Part shown: one piece after another, positions 30,629 to 39,831 of the stretch
How the letters are laid out: each line of letters begins with the position of its first letter
Position numbering within the stretch: position 1 is the stretch's first letter
Assembly: GCF_000737315.1 (NCBI RefSeq)
Contig: NZ_JMCB01000013.1
Coordinates: forward strand, 62,001-126,000
From: Hyalangium minutum
GTDB taxonomy: Bacteria > Myxococcota > Myxococcia > Myxococcales > Myxococcaceae
Direction of reading: 5' to 3'
Length of the DNA stretch: 64,000 bases
Notes under the pieces: generated by a model
The model's input: only the letters and a program-made list of their open reading frames with translations
Database searches by the model: none
Told to the model about the DNA's origin: nothing
Position numbers and translations under genes: made by a program

Positions 30629-31480
30629 GTGCTGTCGCTCTTCCGGCGGTATCGCCGTTTCATCATTGTCAGCGTGCTGCTGCTCTACCCGCTGGTCGCC
30701 TTCCTGGTGTCTGGGCGGCGGGGCCGCGACGCCAACTTCGTCGATCGCGCCGTCATCGCGATGACGGCTCCGCTCCAGTCGGGGCTCAACTGGATCATCG
30801 ACGGGGTGGTGGGCGCGATGAGCCACTACGTGGACTTGCGCGACGTGCGGCAGGAGAATGACGCGCTGCGGCTGGAGAACATGCAGCTGCGAGCAGCCGT
30901 GCAGGCGTTGGGCGAGGCTCGGGCCGAGAATGAGCGGCTCAAGCAACTGTTGGGGTACGCCGAAAAGGAAGCGGGGCCGGAGATTCCGGCGCGGGTGGTG
31001 GGGGTGAACCCGGTGGCCAAGCTGTTGTCGGTGCGGATCAGCAGCGGCGAGCGGCAGGGCGTGTACCGGGGCATGTCGGTGGTGACGCCGGATGGAATCG
31101 TCGGCCAGGTGATCCGGACGACGGGAGGTTACGCGGACGTGGCGTTGGTGACGGATCCCCAGAGCCGGGTGGGCGTGCGAGTGCAGCGCTCGCGGGCGCG
31201 TGGCACGGCGGCGGGCTCGGGCAGCGGGCCGCTCAAGCTGGAGAACATGCTGCGCACCGAGGATGTCGAGGACGGGGATCTGATCATCACCTCCGGTACG
31301 GACGGGGTGTACCCGCCAGGGCTGGTGGTGGGACGGGTGGCGAACCTGGCGAAGAAGGAGCACGGCATGTTCCAGGCGGCCGACATCCTCCCCGCGGTGG
31401 ACACGACGAAGCTCGAGGAAGTCTTCGTGGTGGGCAGCCCATACCAGGACGCGGCGCCGCTGGTGGAGGGGACGCGATGA
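30629..31480 (+). CDS. mreC: Rod shape-determining protein MreC
   Basis: TM, coiled coil ENDALRLEN..ENERLKQLL, GMSVVTPDGIVGQV, GDLIITSGTDGVYPPGLVVG. Confidence 0.93.
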   Translation: MLSLFRRYRRFIIVSVLLLYPLVAFLVSGRRGRDANFVDRAVIAMTAPLQSGLNWIIDGVVGAMSHYVDLRDVRQENDALRLENMQLRAAVQALGEARAENERLKQLLGYAEKEAGPEIPARVVGVNPVAKLLSVRISSGERQGVYRGMSVVTPDGIVGQVIRTTGGYADVALVTDPQSRVGVRVQRSRARGTAAGSGSGPLKLENMLRTEDVEDGDLIITSGTDGVYPPGLVVGRVANLAKKEHGMFQAADILPAVDTTKLEEVFVVGSPYQDAAPLVEGTR

Positions 31481-31980
31481 AGTTCCTGGTGACGGTGGTG
31501 TTGGCCATGGTGCTGCTCACGCTCGAGTCCGTCATCGTGCAGCGGGCGGGGCTGGTGTTGTCGCGCATCGACGTGACGGTGGTGCTGCTGGCGTTCCTGG
31601 CGCTGCGGGCCTCGCTGCTGGAGGGCGCCTGCTCGGCCTTCGCGGTGGGCTACCTCTTGGACTTGATGAGCGGCCAGCCCACGGGGCTCTACACGTTCCT
31701 GGGCGTCTTCACCTTCCTGGTGTGCCGGTTGGTGTACTCGCTGGTGGACGTGCGCGGGCCGGTGGCCTTCGTGCTCTTCACCATGGGCGCGGACGTGGGC
31801 CATGGCTTGCTGGCGGCCTTCTTCGGGTGGCTGACGGTGAAGGATGGCTCGGCCACGGCGGTGCTGCCCGGCCTGCCGCTGCAGGTGGCGCTCACCGGCG
31901 CGGCGGCGCTGGCCCTCTATCCGCTGCTGCGCAAGCTCGAGGTGCGCCATGAGCGCACCCAGGCGGGAGGCTTGCTGTGA
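31477..31980 (+). CDS. mreD: Rod shape-determining protein MreD
   Basis: Multi-TM protein between mreC and pbp2, 4-nt overlaps on both sides, GYLLDLMSG motif. Confidence 0.8.
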   Translation: MKFLVTVVLAMVLLTLESVIVQRAGLVLSRIDVTVVLLAFLALRASLLEGACSAFAVGYLLDLMSGQPTGLYTFLGVFTFLVCRLVYSLVDVRGPVAFVLFTMGADVGHGLLAAFFGWLTVKDGSATAVLPGLPLQVALTGAAALALYPLLRKLEVRHERTQAGGLL

Positions 31981-34025
31981 CTCCTCCGGATCTTGGAAAG
32001 ACGACGCCTCCGGGGCGGGACCTCAAGAAGCGCTTTCTGTGGCTGGGCCTGGCCATGGTGGGCGGCATGGCAGTGCTGGCCCTCCAGCTCTACCGGCTGC
32101 AGATCATCCGGGGCGAGGAGTACGCCGCCAAGAGCGTGGCGAACTTCGTGAAGGAAGTTCGCCTGCGCGCGGACCGTGGCGTCATCAAGGATGCGCGCGG
32201 CACCATCCTGGTGGACAGCCGTCCGTCTTTCGACGCCTTCATCACCCCTGCGTTCTGCACCGACTGTTCCAAGGAAGTGCTTCCGAAGCTGGCCACGCTG
32301 CTGGGCTGGGACGAGGATCAGCGCAAGAAGGTGGACGACCAGGTGCGCATCTCCAAGCGCAACGCGCCGTTCCAGCCGCTGCCGGTGCGCATCGATCTCA
32401 CGCGCGACGAGCTGGACCGCATCAACGCGCGGCGCGACATCCTGGACGGTGTGGAAGTGGTGGCGGTGCCGCACCGCAACTACCGCACGGAGACGGTGCT
32501 GTCGCACGTGCTGGGCTACATGAACGAGATCAACCAGGACGAGCTGGAGCGGCTCAACGCCGACGGCGCGAAGTACGCCCTGGGGGACTACATCGGCCGG
32601 CGCGGCCTGGAGCGGTACTTCGAGCCGCAGCTGCGCGGCGTGGACGGCTTCCGCAAGGAAGTGGTGAATGCGCGCGGCCAGAAGATCGAGGAGCTGAACG
32701 ACAAGCTCGGCGAGAACTCGGTGACGCCGCCCCAGGCCGGCAGCAACCTGGTGCTGTCCATCGACATGCGGCTTCAGGAAGAAGCCGAGCGCATCTTCCC
32801 GGGCGTGGCGGGTGCGGTGGTCGCCATCGACGTGAACACCGGCTACATCAAGGCGCTGGTGTCCCGGCCGGGCTTCGATCCGAACCTGCTCACCGGCCGC
32901 GTCACTCCGGCTCAGATGGCGGAGATGGTGAGGGATCCGCTCCAGCCGATGATCAACCGCGTGGCCGCGGCACATTACAGCCCGGGGTCGACGTTCAAGG
33001 TCGTCACCCAGCTGGCGGCGTTCAAGTCGGGCAACTTCCGGCCAGACTCGGTGATCAATTGCCCGGGTGGCTACAAGCTGGGCGCGCGCACGTGGCGCTG
33101 CCACAAGGAGAGCGGCCACGGCCCGGTGAACGCCAAGCAGGCCATGGCGTACTCGTGCGACACCTGGTTCTTCAAGGTGGCGGACACCATCGGCCTGGAT
33201 CCGATCGCGGAGATGGGCCGGGCGCTCGGCCTGGGCAGCCCCACGGGCATCGGCGTGCTGGGCGAGGTCCCCGGAATCATGCCCACCACCGAGTACCATG
33301 ATCGGCTCTCGCCCGGCGGCTACACCAAGGGCATGGCGCTCAACAGCGCCATCGGCCAGGGCGACGACAACGTGACGCCGCTGCAGCTGGCCATGGTGTA
33401 CGCGGCCATTGCCAACGGCGGCACGCTGTACAAGCCGCAGCTCGTGCATCGCATCGAGGATCAGGACGGTCAGGTGGTCGATTCGTTCAATCCGCAGGTG
33501 GTGCGCACCGTGGACATCAACCCCGATCACCGCAAGGTCATCGTGGAAGGCCTGGTGGCCGTGGCCAACGAGGCGGGCGGTACCGCGTTCCGCGCGCGCC
33601 AGGCTTACAAGGAGCAGATGAAGAACATCGTCGTGGCCAGCAAGACGGGCACCGCCCAGGTGGTGGCCATTGGCGCGGTGCGCCTGAAGACGCACCAGAT
33701 GGAGTTCTTTACGCGCGATCATGCGTGGTTCGCCGGCTTCGCGCCCGCGGACAAGCCAGAGATCGCCGTGGTGGTGCTCAACGAGCACGGTGGCCACGGT
33801 GGCGTGGACGCGGCGCCCACCGGCATGGCCGTGTTCTCCAAGTACTTCGAGCTGAAGCAGCTGGATGCGAACTCGCCGCCTCAGCGCTCCAATCAGCCCT
33901 ACGTCCTGACGCTGCCTCCGACTCCGAAGCTGCAGGACGTTACTCTCACTCGCGGCACTCCAGCCGCGGGCACGCCCACGCGCGGCGCTCCGGCCGCAGG
34001 CCCTCCGAATGCAGCTCAGCATTGA
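31977..34025 (+). CDS. mrdA: Penicillin-binding protein 2
   Basis: ADRGVIKD, HVLGY, GRRGLERYFE, PGSTFK (SxxK), SCD (SxN variant), KTGTAQ, DHAWF. Confidence 0.95.
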   Translation: MTPPDLGKTTPPGRDLKKRFLWLGLAMVGGMAVLALQLYRLQIIRGEEYAAKSVANFVKEVRLRADRGVIKDARGTILVDSRPSFDAFITPAFCTDCSKEVLPKLATLLGWDEDQRKKVDDQVRISKRNAPFQPLPVRIDLTRDELDRINARRDILDGVEVVAVPHRNYRTETVLSHVLGYMNEINQDELERLNADGAKYALGDYIGRRGLERYFEPQLRGVDGFRKEVVNARGQKIEELNDKLGENSVTPPQAGSNLVLSIDMRLQEEAERIFPGVAGAVVAIDVNTGYIKALVSRPGFDPNLLTGRVTPAQMAEMVRDPLQPMINRVAAAHYSPGSTFKVVTQLAAFKSGNFRPDSVINCPGGYKLGARTWRCHKESGHGPVNAKQAMAYSCDTWFFKVADTIGLDPIAEMGRALGLGSPTGIGVLGEVPGIMPTTEYHDRLSPGGYTKGMALNSAIGQGDDNVTPLQLAMVYAAIANGGTLYKPQLVHRIEDQDGQVVDSFNPQVVRTVDINPDHRKVIVEGLVAVANEAGGTAFRARQAYKEQMKNIVVASKTGTAQVVAIGAVRLKTHQMEFFTRDHAWFAGFAPADKPEIAVVVLNEHGGHGGVDAAPTGMAVFSKYFELKQLDANSPPQRSNQPYVLTLPPTPKLQDVTLTRGTPAAGTPTRGAPAAGPPNAAQH

Positions 34026-35160
34026 ACGACGCATGGTGCCCCACGTCCCGTGGGCCCTCATCTTCTGCATCCTGGCCATCTGCGCCCTGGGTGTGTGGAA
34101 CCTGGCCTCGGCGGCTCGGCCTCCGCATGCCTCGGTGTGGACCAGCCAGGCCATCTACATGGCCGTGGGGTTGGGCGTCGCGTTGATGGTGTGCCTGGTG
34201 GACTACCGCTGGATCCAGCGGATGACTGTCCCCATCTACGTGCTCAACATCCTGGCGCTGATTGCCCTGCGCTTCCTGGGGCACAAGGCCAAGGGCGCCG
34301 AGAGCTGGTTCGTGCTGGGCCCGGTGCGCGTGCAGCCCGCCGAGTTCATGAAGATCGGCGTGATCCTCATGCTGGCCAAGGTCTACCACGACGACTTCAA
34401 GCCCAATCAAGAGGCCTATGGCCTGCTGCGGCTGTGGAAGCCGCTGGCGGTGGTGGCGGTACCCGCGGTGCTCGTGCTGGTGCAGCCGGACCTGGGCACG
34501 GCGATGATGATCTTGCTGTCCTCGGCCACGGTCATCCTCTTCGGCAAGGTGCGCTGGTACCTGGTGGCGGTGATTGTCGCGGGCATCCTGGCCGTGGGCG
34601 GCATCATCTGGAACGACTACGTGCGTGAGGCTCCCGAGCCGCGCTTCACCGTGCTCAAGCACCACCTCAAGAAGCACCAGAGCCAGCGCATCTCCGGGTG
34701 GCTGGATCCCGAGGCGGACCTGCGCGGCAGCGGCTACCACGCCGCCCAGTCGAAGATCGCCGTGGGCAGCGGCGGCATGTCCGGCAAGGGCTGGCGCGAG
34801 GGCACCCAGACGGGTCTGTCCTTCCTCCCCGAGCAGCACACGGACTTCATCTTCTCCGTGTGGGCCGAGGAGCACGGCTTCCTGTCGTGCCTGGTGCTCC
34901 TGGCCTTGTATGGAGGGCTCTTCTCTCTGTCATTGGCCGTGGGGTTCAACGCCCGAGACAGGTTCGGAGCCTTCGTGGCGGTAGGCATCACCGCGATGAT
35001 CTTCTGGCAGGTGTTCGAGAACATCGGCATGGTGATTGGACTGCTGCCGGTGACAGGCATCACCCTGCCGCTGATGAGCTACGGCGGCTCGTCGATCATG
35101 TCGATGATGCTCAGCATTGGCCTGCTGGTGAACATCAGCATGCGCCGCCACATGTTCTGA
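34009..35160 (+). CDS. rodA: SEDS glycosyltransferase RodA
   Basis: KGAESW, QPAEFMK, QPDLGTA, SGYHAAQSKIAVGSGG, PEQHTDFIFS, GITLPLMSYGGSS. Confidence 0.96.
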   Translation: MQLSIERRMVPHVPWALIFCILAICALGVWNLASAARPPHASVWTSQAIYMAVGLGVALMVCLVDYRWIQRMTVPIYVLNILALIALRFLGHKAKGAESWFVLGPVRVQPAEFMKIGVILMLAKVYHDDFKPNQEAYGLLRLWKPLAVVAVPAVLVLVQPDLGTAMMILLSSATVILFGKVRWYLVAVIVAGILAVGGIIWNDYVREAPEPRFTVLKHHLKKHQSQRISGWLDPEADLRGSGYHAAQSKIAVGSGGMSGKGWREGTQTGLSFLPEQHTDFIFSVWAEEHGFLSCLVLLALYGGLFSLSLAVGFNARDRFGAFVAVGITAMIFWQVFENIGMVIGLLPVTGITLPLMSYGGSSIMSMMLSIGLLVNISMRRHMF

Positions 35161-35173
35161 GCTGGGCTCGGGC

Positions 35174-36553
35174 TCAGAAGGCGCGGCCGGTGAGGATGGC
35201 GCTGGCCACGGTGAAGTAGATGATCACGCCGGTGACGTCCACCAGCGTGGCCACGAAGGGCGCCGAGGCCGCCGCAGGGTCCAGCCCCAGCCGCCGCAGC
35301 AGGAACGGCAGCATGGAGCCGCACAGCGTGCCGAACATCACCACGCCCACCACGCTGAAGCCCACCGCGATGCCCACCCACCCGAAGTGGGGGCCATAGA
35401 GCCCCTCGGCGCCGGGCCAGAGGATGATGCGCAGCGCCCCCAGCGCCCCGAGGAACAATCCGAGGGCAATGCCGCTGGTCACCTCGCGCAGGGCCACGCG
35501 CCACCAGTCGCTCAGCGCCACATCTCGCACCGCCAGCGCGCGGATGATGAGCGAGGTGGCTTGCGAGCCGGAGTTGCCGCCCGAGGAGATGATCAGCGGC
35601 ACGAAGCTGCTGAGGAAGACGGCCTGGGCGATGGCGTCCTGGTAGTGCGCCATGGCCGTGGCGGTGAACATCTGCCCGAAGAAGAGCACCGTCAGCCAGC
35701 CCACCCGCTTGCTCAACATCTCCGTGAAGCCGATGTCCAGGTAGGGCGCCTCGAGGGCCTCCATACCGCCCATGCGCTGGATGTCCTCGGTGGCCTCCTC
35801 CTCGGCCACGTCGAGCACGTCGTCGTGGGTGATGATGCCCAGCAGCACCCCCTGCGAGTCCGTCACCGGCAGCGCCACCCGGTCATACTTCTCGAAGAAG
35901 CCGATGATCTCCTCGCGGTCCGCCGTGGCGGGGATGCTCACCAGCTGCCGGTCATGAATGTCCGAGATGCGCGTGTCGGGCTTCGCCAGCACCAGCGCGG
36001 CCAGGCGCACGTCGTCCAGCAGTCGCCGCTTCTCGTCGACAATATAGAGGACGTTCAGCGTCTCGCGCCCCTGGCCGTGGGTGCGCACGAAGTCCAGCGC
36101 CTGGGCTGCGGTGAGGTTCTCCGGCAGCGTGAGGAACTCCGGCGTCATGTAGCGGCCGGCGCTGCGCTCCGGGTACCCCAGCAGCTCGCGGGCCACCTTC
36201 AGCTCCGCGGGCGACAGCGTCGTCAACGCCCGCCGCGTCACCTCCGCGGGCAGCTCCTCGAGCAGGCGCGTGCGGTCGTCCGGCGCCATCTCGTTGAGCA
36301 GGTTCTTCAGGTCCTCGTTGCCCAGCGTGCTCACCACCTCCGTCTGTTGGTGGGGAGGCAGGTACTCGAAGACCAGCGCGGCCGTGTCTCGCGGCAGCAG
36401 CCGGAAGAGGACGCCGCTGTCCTTGGCGGGCAGATCCTCGATGACCTCGGCCACATCCGCCGGGTCCATCTCCGTGAAGGCCTCGCGCAGCGAGTTCCAG
36501 TCACGAGCCAGGATCAGCTCGTCGAACTCCGGCTTGAGGAGGTTTCCCAGCAT
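35174..36553 (-). CDS. mgtE: Magnesium transporter MgtE
   Basis: MgtE_N, YPERSAGRYMTPEF, tandem CBS domains, SSGGNSGSQ, LDPAAASAPFVATLVDVTG. Confidence 0.96.
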   Translation of the reverse strand: MLGNLLKPEFDELILARDWNSLREAFTEMDPADVAEVIEDLPAKDSGVLFRLLPRDTAALVFEYLPPHQQTEVVSTLGNEDLKNLLNEMAPDDRTRLLEELPAEVTRRALTTLSPAELKVARELLGYPERSAGRYMTPEFLTLPENLTAAQALDFVRTHGQGRETLNVLYIVDEKRRLLDDVRLAALVLAKPDTRISDIHDRQLVSIPATADREEIIGFFEKYDRVALPVTDSQGVLLGIITHDDVLDVAEEEATEDIQRMGGMEALEAPYLDIGFTEMLSKRVGWLTVLFFGQMFTATAMAHYQDAIAQAVFLSSFVPLIISSGGNSGSQATSLIIRALAVRDVALSDWWRVALREVTSGIALGLFLGALGALRIILWPGAEGLYGPHFGWVGIAVGFSVVGVVMFGTLCGSMLPFLLRRLGLDPAAASAPFVATLVDVTGVIIYFTVASAILTGRAF

Positions 36554-36639
36554 TACAATCTCCGCGCGCGGCGGCGCGGGCGCATGGTGTATGAATCGCG
36601 CCTGTTCCGATACGGGATTCTTTCAGGGGCGCGGAGGCG

Positions 36640-37434
36640 ATGATGCAAAGAAAGGGTGCCAAGAAGGGCTCAGCCTCGGAGGTGTCCACCTCGACTGCGT
36701 CTCCCCGTGAAGGAGCGCCCCCAGCCACTGCCTCGGAGAGGAAGCCCTCGGACGTCTCCCCAGCAGGCGAGGGAACACCGCCTCCCGCTCCGGCCCAGGG
36801 CCGCGAGCCGCGCCGCCCGGGCGTCAACGTTCCGAAGATGTCTACGCTTCAGCCGGACGCGCGCCGCTCGGGCTCACGTCCCGAGGAGCCCCGGCGCCCG
36901 GCGGGACGCCCTGCAACACCTCGGGTGGCCCCCATCATTGAAATGCAGTCGGGCAACGAGCCGGAGCACCGGCACTTCCCGCGTGCCCGGCTGGCCACGC
37001 GCTTCGAGCTCTGGAGGGAGGAGGGGGGACAGAAGACCTTCTCTGCGACGCTCCTCTCGCAGAACGTCAGCGTGAGCGGCGCCTTTCTAGAGAGCACCTT
37101 CTTCCTGCCCATGGGCACGGAGGTCCAGGTGCGCTTCTCGCTCGAGGAGGGCGCCGAGCCTGTACAGACCCGCGCCGAGATCGTCCGCGAGGAGCGGGCG
37201 GGCCCGGGAGGGCGCTCGGGTTTCGGCATCCGCTTCGTGGAGTTCACCGGGCAGACGGAAGTCTCGCTGGCCCGGCTCTTCCTCGGCATGCGGCTGCGAA
37301 CCTTTGCCGAAGAATACCTTCAGTCCCGCCGGGCCCGCTCGCTGCCCAATGAGCTGGAGCGGGTGGTGGACGTGCTCGCCGCGTGGGAGCTGCTCAAGGC
37401 CACCTCCCCGGGCGATCCCTGGCAAGGCCAGTAA
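36640..37434 (+). CDS. PilZ-domain protein
   Basis: RHFPR (RxxxR) and NVSVSG (D/NxSxxG), GFGIRF; low-complexity N-terminus makes the start uncertain. Confidence 0.85.
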   Translation: MMQRKGAKKGSASEVSTSTASPREGAPPATASERKPSDVSPAGEGTPPPAPAQGREPRRPGVNVPKMSTLQPDARRSGSRPEEPRRPAGRPATPRVAPIIEMQSGNEPEHRHFPRARLATRFELWREEGGQKTFSATLLSQNVSVSGAFLESTFFLPMGTEVQVRFSLEEGAEPVQTRAEIVREERAGPGGRSGFGIRFVEFTGQTEVSLARLFLGMRLRTFAEEYLQSRRARSLPNELERVVDVLAAWELLKATSPGDPWQGQ

Positions 37435-37441
37435 CGCGCGC

Positions 37442-37774
37442 TCAGACCTTCTTGCCAGCGGCCAGCTGGCGGCGACGCTCGGCCTGGTAGTGCGCCGAGC
37501 ACAGGCCCTTGGAGCGGGACTCGCGCTCGCAGCCCGGCACGGTGCAGCGGCGCTCCGGCGCCACGGGCCCTGAGGCCAGCATCTTCGGCGGCCGGCCTCT
37601 TCTGCGCGTGGTCACCGCTGCCGGAGCCCCTGCGGTGCTGATGCCATTCTCATGAAGCGCGCGAATCACCCCGCGACCGATGGCGTCCCCGATCGCCTCG
37701 GCCCACGAAGCAAGTGCGGGAGGGAGGGCCGAGGGAGGCAGAGAGGGACCGGTAGGCTTCCGAGGACGTGGCAT
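37442..37774 (-). CDS. Small basic protein with AT-hook and CCCH-type zinc finger (putative nucleoid-associated protein)
   Basis: RRRGRPPK, then CTVPGC..GLCSAH; RBS AAAGGAG before ATG. Confidence 0.75.
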   Translation of the reverse strand: MPRPRKPTGPSLPPSALPPALASWAEAIGDAIGRGVIRALHENGISTAGAPAAVTTRRRGRPPKMLASGPVAPERRCTVPGCERESRSKGLCSAHYQAERRRQLAAGKKV

Positions 37775-37824
37775 GGATGCTCCTTTAATTTTGAATAGCC
37801 GGTTAAACGGGTTTAAATCAATGA

Positions 37825-37859
37825 ACCGCTTATTTGTACTTTGTTGCTAAATCTGTCAA
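37825..37859 (-). promoter_or_regulatory. Sigma70-type promoter of the AT-hook/Zn-finger gene
   Basis: Perfect TTGACA (plus tgtcaa 37854-37859) followed ~16-17 nt later by AT-rich TACAAATA in a strongly AT-rich tract. Confidence 0.5.
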
Positions 37860-38057
37860 CACAAGGATGAGGGGTTTTTCTAGACTCTGCTCGAAAGGAC
37901 AGACGGAGACCTGTCTGAGACAGAGAGGGAGCAGCGGAAGACACAGCAGGCGCAGCACACGAGACGCATCTAGGAGCGCGAGCCAGGATTGCTCGAGCAA
38001 CTCCGAACGTCGGGCCGGACGTTCCTGCTTGGAAGCGGGGTCCGCCCAGGCGAGGCG

Positions 38058-38079
38058 TGAGAGCCTCGCCCAGGCGTGG
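38058..38079 (-). terminator. Hairpin directly after trxA stop
   Basis: GGCGAGGC-gtgaga-GCCTCGCC inverted repeat; no U-tract. Confidence 0.4.
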
Positions 38080-38085
38080 GCACTC

Positions 38086-38418
38086 TCAGGAGAGCGCTTT
38101 GGTGATGGCTGCTTCGATCTTGTGCCTCGGCACCGCACCCACGATCTGATCCACCACCTTGCCGCCCTTGAAGACGAGCAGGGTGGGGATGGAGCGGATG
38201 CCGTAGTCCTGCGGCGTCTTCTGGTTGTCGTCGATGTTCATCTTGGTGAACTTCATCTTGCCCCTGTACTCGGTCGCGAGCGCCTCGACAGACGGGGCGA
38301 TGGCGCGGCACGGGGCACACCAGGTGGCCCAGAAGTCCACGAGCACCGGCTGCTCGGACTTCAGCACCTGCTGGTCGAAGTCCTGGTCCCCAACGTTCAC
38401 AACGTCAACACCGGCCAT
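38086..38418 (-). CDS. trxA: Thioredoxin
   Basis: VLVDFWATWCAPC, YGIRSIPTLLVFKGG; start MAGVDVV at 38418 with GAGGA RBS. Confidence 0.96.
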   Translation of the reverse strand: MAGVDVVNVGDQDFDQQVLKSEQPVLVDFWATWCAPCRAIAPSVEALATEYRGKMKFTKMNIDDNQKTPQDYGIRSIPTLLVFKGGKVVDQIVGAVPRHKIEAAITKALS

Positions 38419-38616
38419 GGATGTCTCCTCTAGAAAGGCCATTCGATTGACGGGCCTTGCGGGCGCGTCCTCTAGTACGCGTCCCCTATGCCCTGCAAGG
38501 AGCAGCGGGCGTCGCTGTTCTTGATCTTTGAGATGCTGACAAGCCCCGTGGGTTTCAAGCAGGCAGACCGCACGAGAGACGGGCTGTCCGGGCGGCGCTG
38601 ATGTAAGCTGGGCCAC

Positions 38617-38988
38617 GTGATGAAGCTCTTCCTGCCCCAGACCCAACTCGAGGAGTGGGCCCTGGGGGACAAAGCGGATCTGAAGGACGGCAAGCTGGTG
38701 GTGATGGCGGAGGGGGGCGCGAGCTTCCCGGCTGTCCCCGCCGTGCACTTCGTGCAGCTCGTCACGGGTGAGGACACCCACAAGCTGGTGGCCAAGGTGA
38801 AGACCGAGGCCCAGCTCCAAAGCTTGGGGGCCGAGCAGATGGCCGACTCTGTCATCCTGGGGGAGTCCGCCTACGAAGTGGTTCCAGGGTATCTTACCGA
38901 GGTCGCCGCCGCCCCCCGTCCGGCCGACAAGAAGCCAAGCAGCGAGACGGATCTGCTGGCTGCTTTCATCCTCAACAAGATGGGCTGA
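38617..38988 (+). CDS. Conserved-looking hypothetical protein upstream of ccsA-hemA
   Basis: 123-aa ORF with good codon usage, co-oriented with the heme operon. Confidence 0.7.
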   Translation: MMKLFLPQTQLEEWALGDKADLKDGKLVVMAEGGASFPAVPAVHFVQLVTGEDTHKLVAKVKTEAQLQSLGAEQMADSVILGESAYEVVPGYLTEVAAAPRPADKKPSSETDLLAAFILNKMG

Positions 38989-39022
38989 CCGCGGGGTCGC
39001 CCGGGGTTATGTCGCTGCCGCC

Positions 39023-39829
39023 ATGAACGAAACCCTGGTCTCGCTCGCCTGCCACGCGTACGGCTTTGCCGCGCTGGTGTACCTCACCTACCTGGCGCGC
39101 TCGTGGATGGCGCTGGCTGTCGTCGGGCGTGTGCTGGTGGGGGTGGGCCTCGTCCTCCATGGCGTGGCGCTGTTCTCGCTGCTGGGCGCACAAGGTGGGA
39201 TGCCCGTCGGCGCGGCGCAAGGATTCTCCACGCTGGCATTCCTGCTGCTGCTGTTCGGGCTGGTGTTGGACTTGCGCTACCGCAAGCCAGTCATTGGCGC
39301 CTTCATCACTCCGCTGGCGGTGACGGCGCTGGTGCCGGGGGTGCTGCTGCGGACGGGCCAGCCGCCGCTGACTCCCGCGCTGCGCCAGCCTTTGCTGCCG
39401 CTGCACATCACCCTTGCATTGGTGGGGATGGCGGCGTTCGCCGTGGCTGCAGGCGTGGGCGTCATGTACCTGCTCATGGAGCGAGAGGTGAGAGGCAAGC
39501 AGTTTGGCCTGTTGTTCTCCCGGCTGCCCTCGCTCGAGTTCCTGGACACGCTCAACAACCGGCTGGTGGTGGCGGGCTTCATCGCGCTGTCCATCACGCT
39601 GGCCACGGGGGCGTTCTTCGTCGCGGGCTCCAGCCAGGGGTTCACGTGGATGATGGATGCGAAGGTGCTGGCCACGCTGGTGGCGTGGGGGCTCTTCGCG
39701 GGGCTGGCGGGCGCGCGCGTGCTGGTGGGTTGGCGCGGGAGGCGCGTGGCGCTGCTGACGATGGCAGGCTTCGCGCTGGTGCTCGTGTCCTTCCTCTCCT
39801 CGTATGACTTCACCGGGGGGATGCGCTAG
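39023..39829 (+). CDS. ccsA: Cytochrome c assembly protein (CcsA/HemX-like)
   Basis: Multi-TM; LPLHITLAL, RLPSLEFLD, LATGAF, DAKVL, WRGRRVA; position before hemA typical of Deltaproteobacteria/Myxococcota. Confidence 0.85.
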   Translation: MNETLVSLACHAYGFAALVYLTYLARSWMALAVVGRVLVGVGLVLHGVALFSLLGAQGGMPVGAAQGFSTLAFLLLLFGLVLDLRYRKPVIGAFITPLAVTALVPGVLLRTGQPPLTPALRQPLLPLHITLALVGMAAFAVAAGVGVMYLLMEREVRGKQFGLLFSRLPSLEFLDTLNNRLVVAGFIALSITLATGAFFVAGSSQGFTWMMDAKVLATLVAWGLFAGLAGARVLVGWRGRRVALLTMAGFALVLVSFLSSYDFTGGMR

Positions 39830-39831
39830 CC

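Noticed and set aside
33940-34005. Short tandem repeat encoding TRGTPAAG/TRGAPAAG at the PBP2 C-terminus
   Set aside because: Two imperfect copies in a low-complexity tail; no sign of a mobile or regulatory repeat.
30629-35160. mreC-mreD-mrdA-rodA cluster without mreB
   Set aside because: As I recall, mreB is encoded at a separate locus in myxobacteria, so this is the ordinary arrangement.
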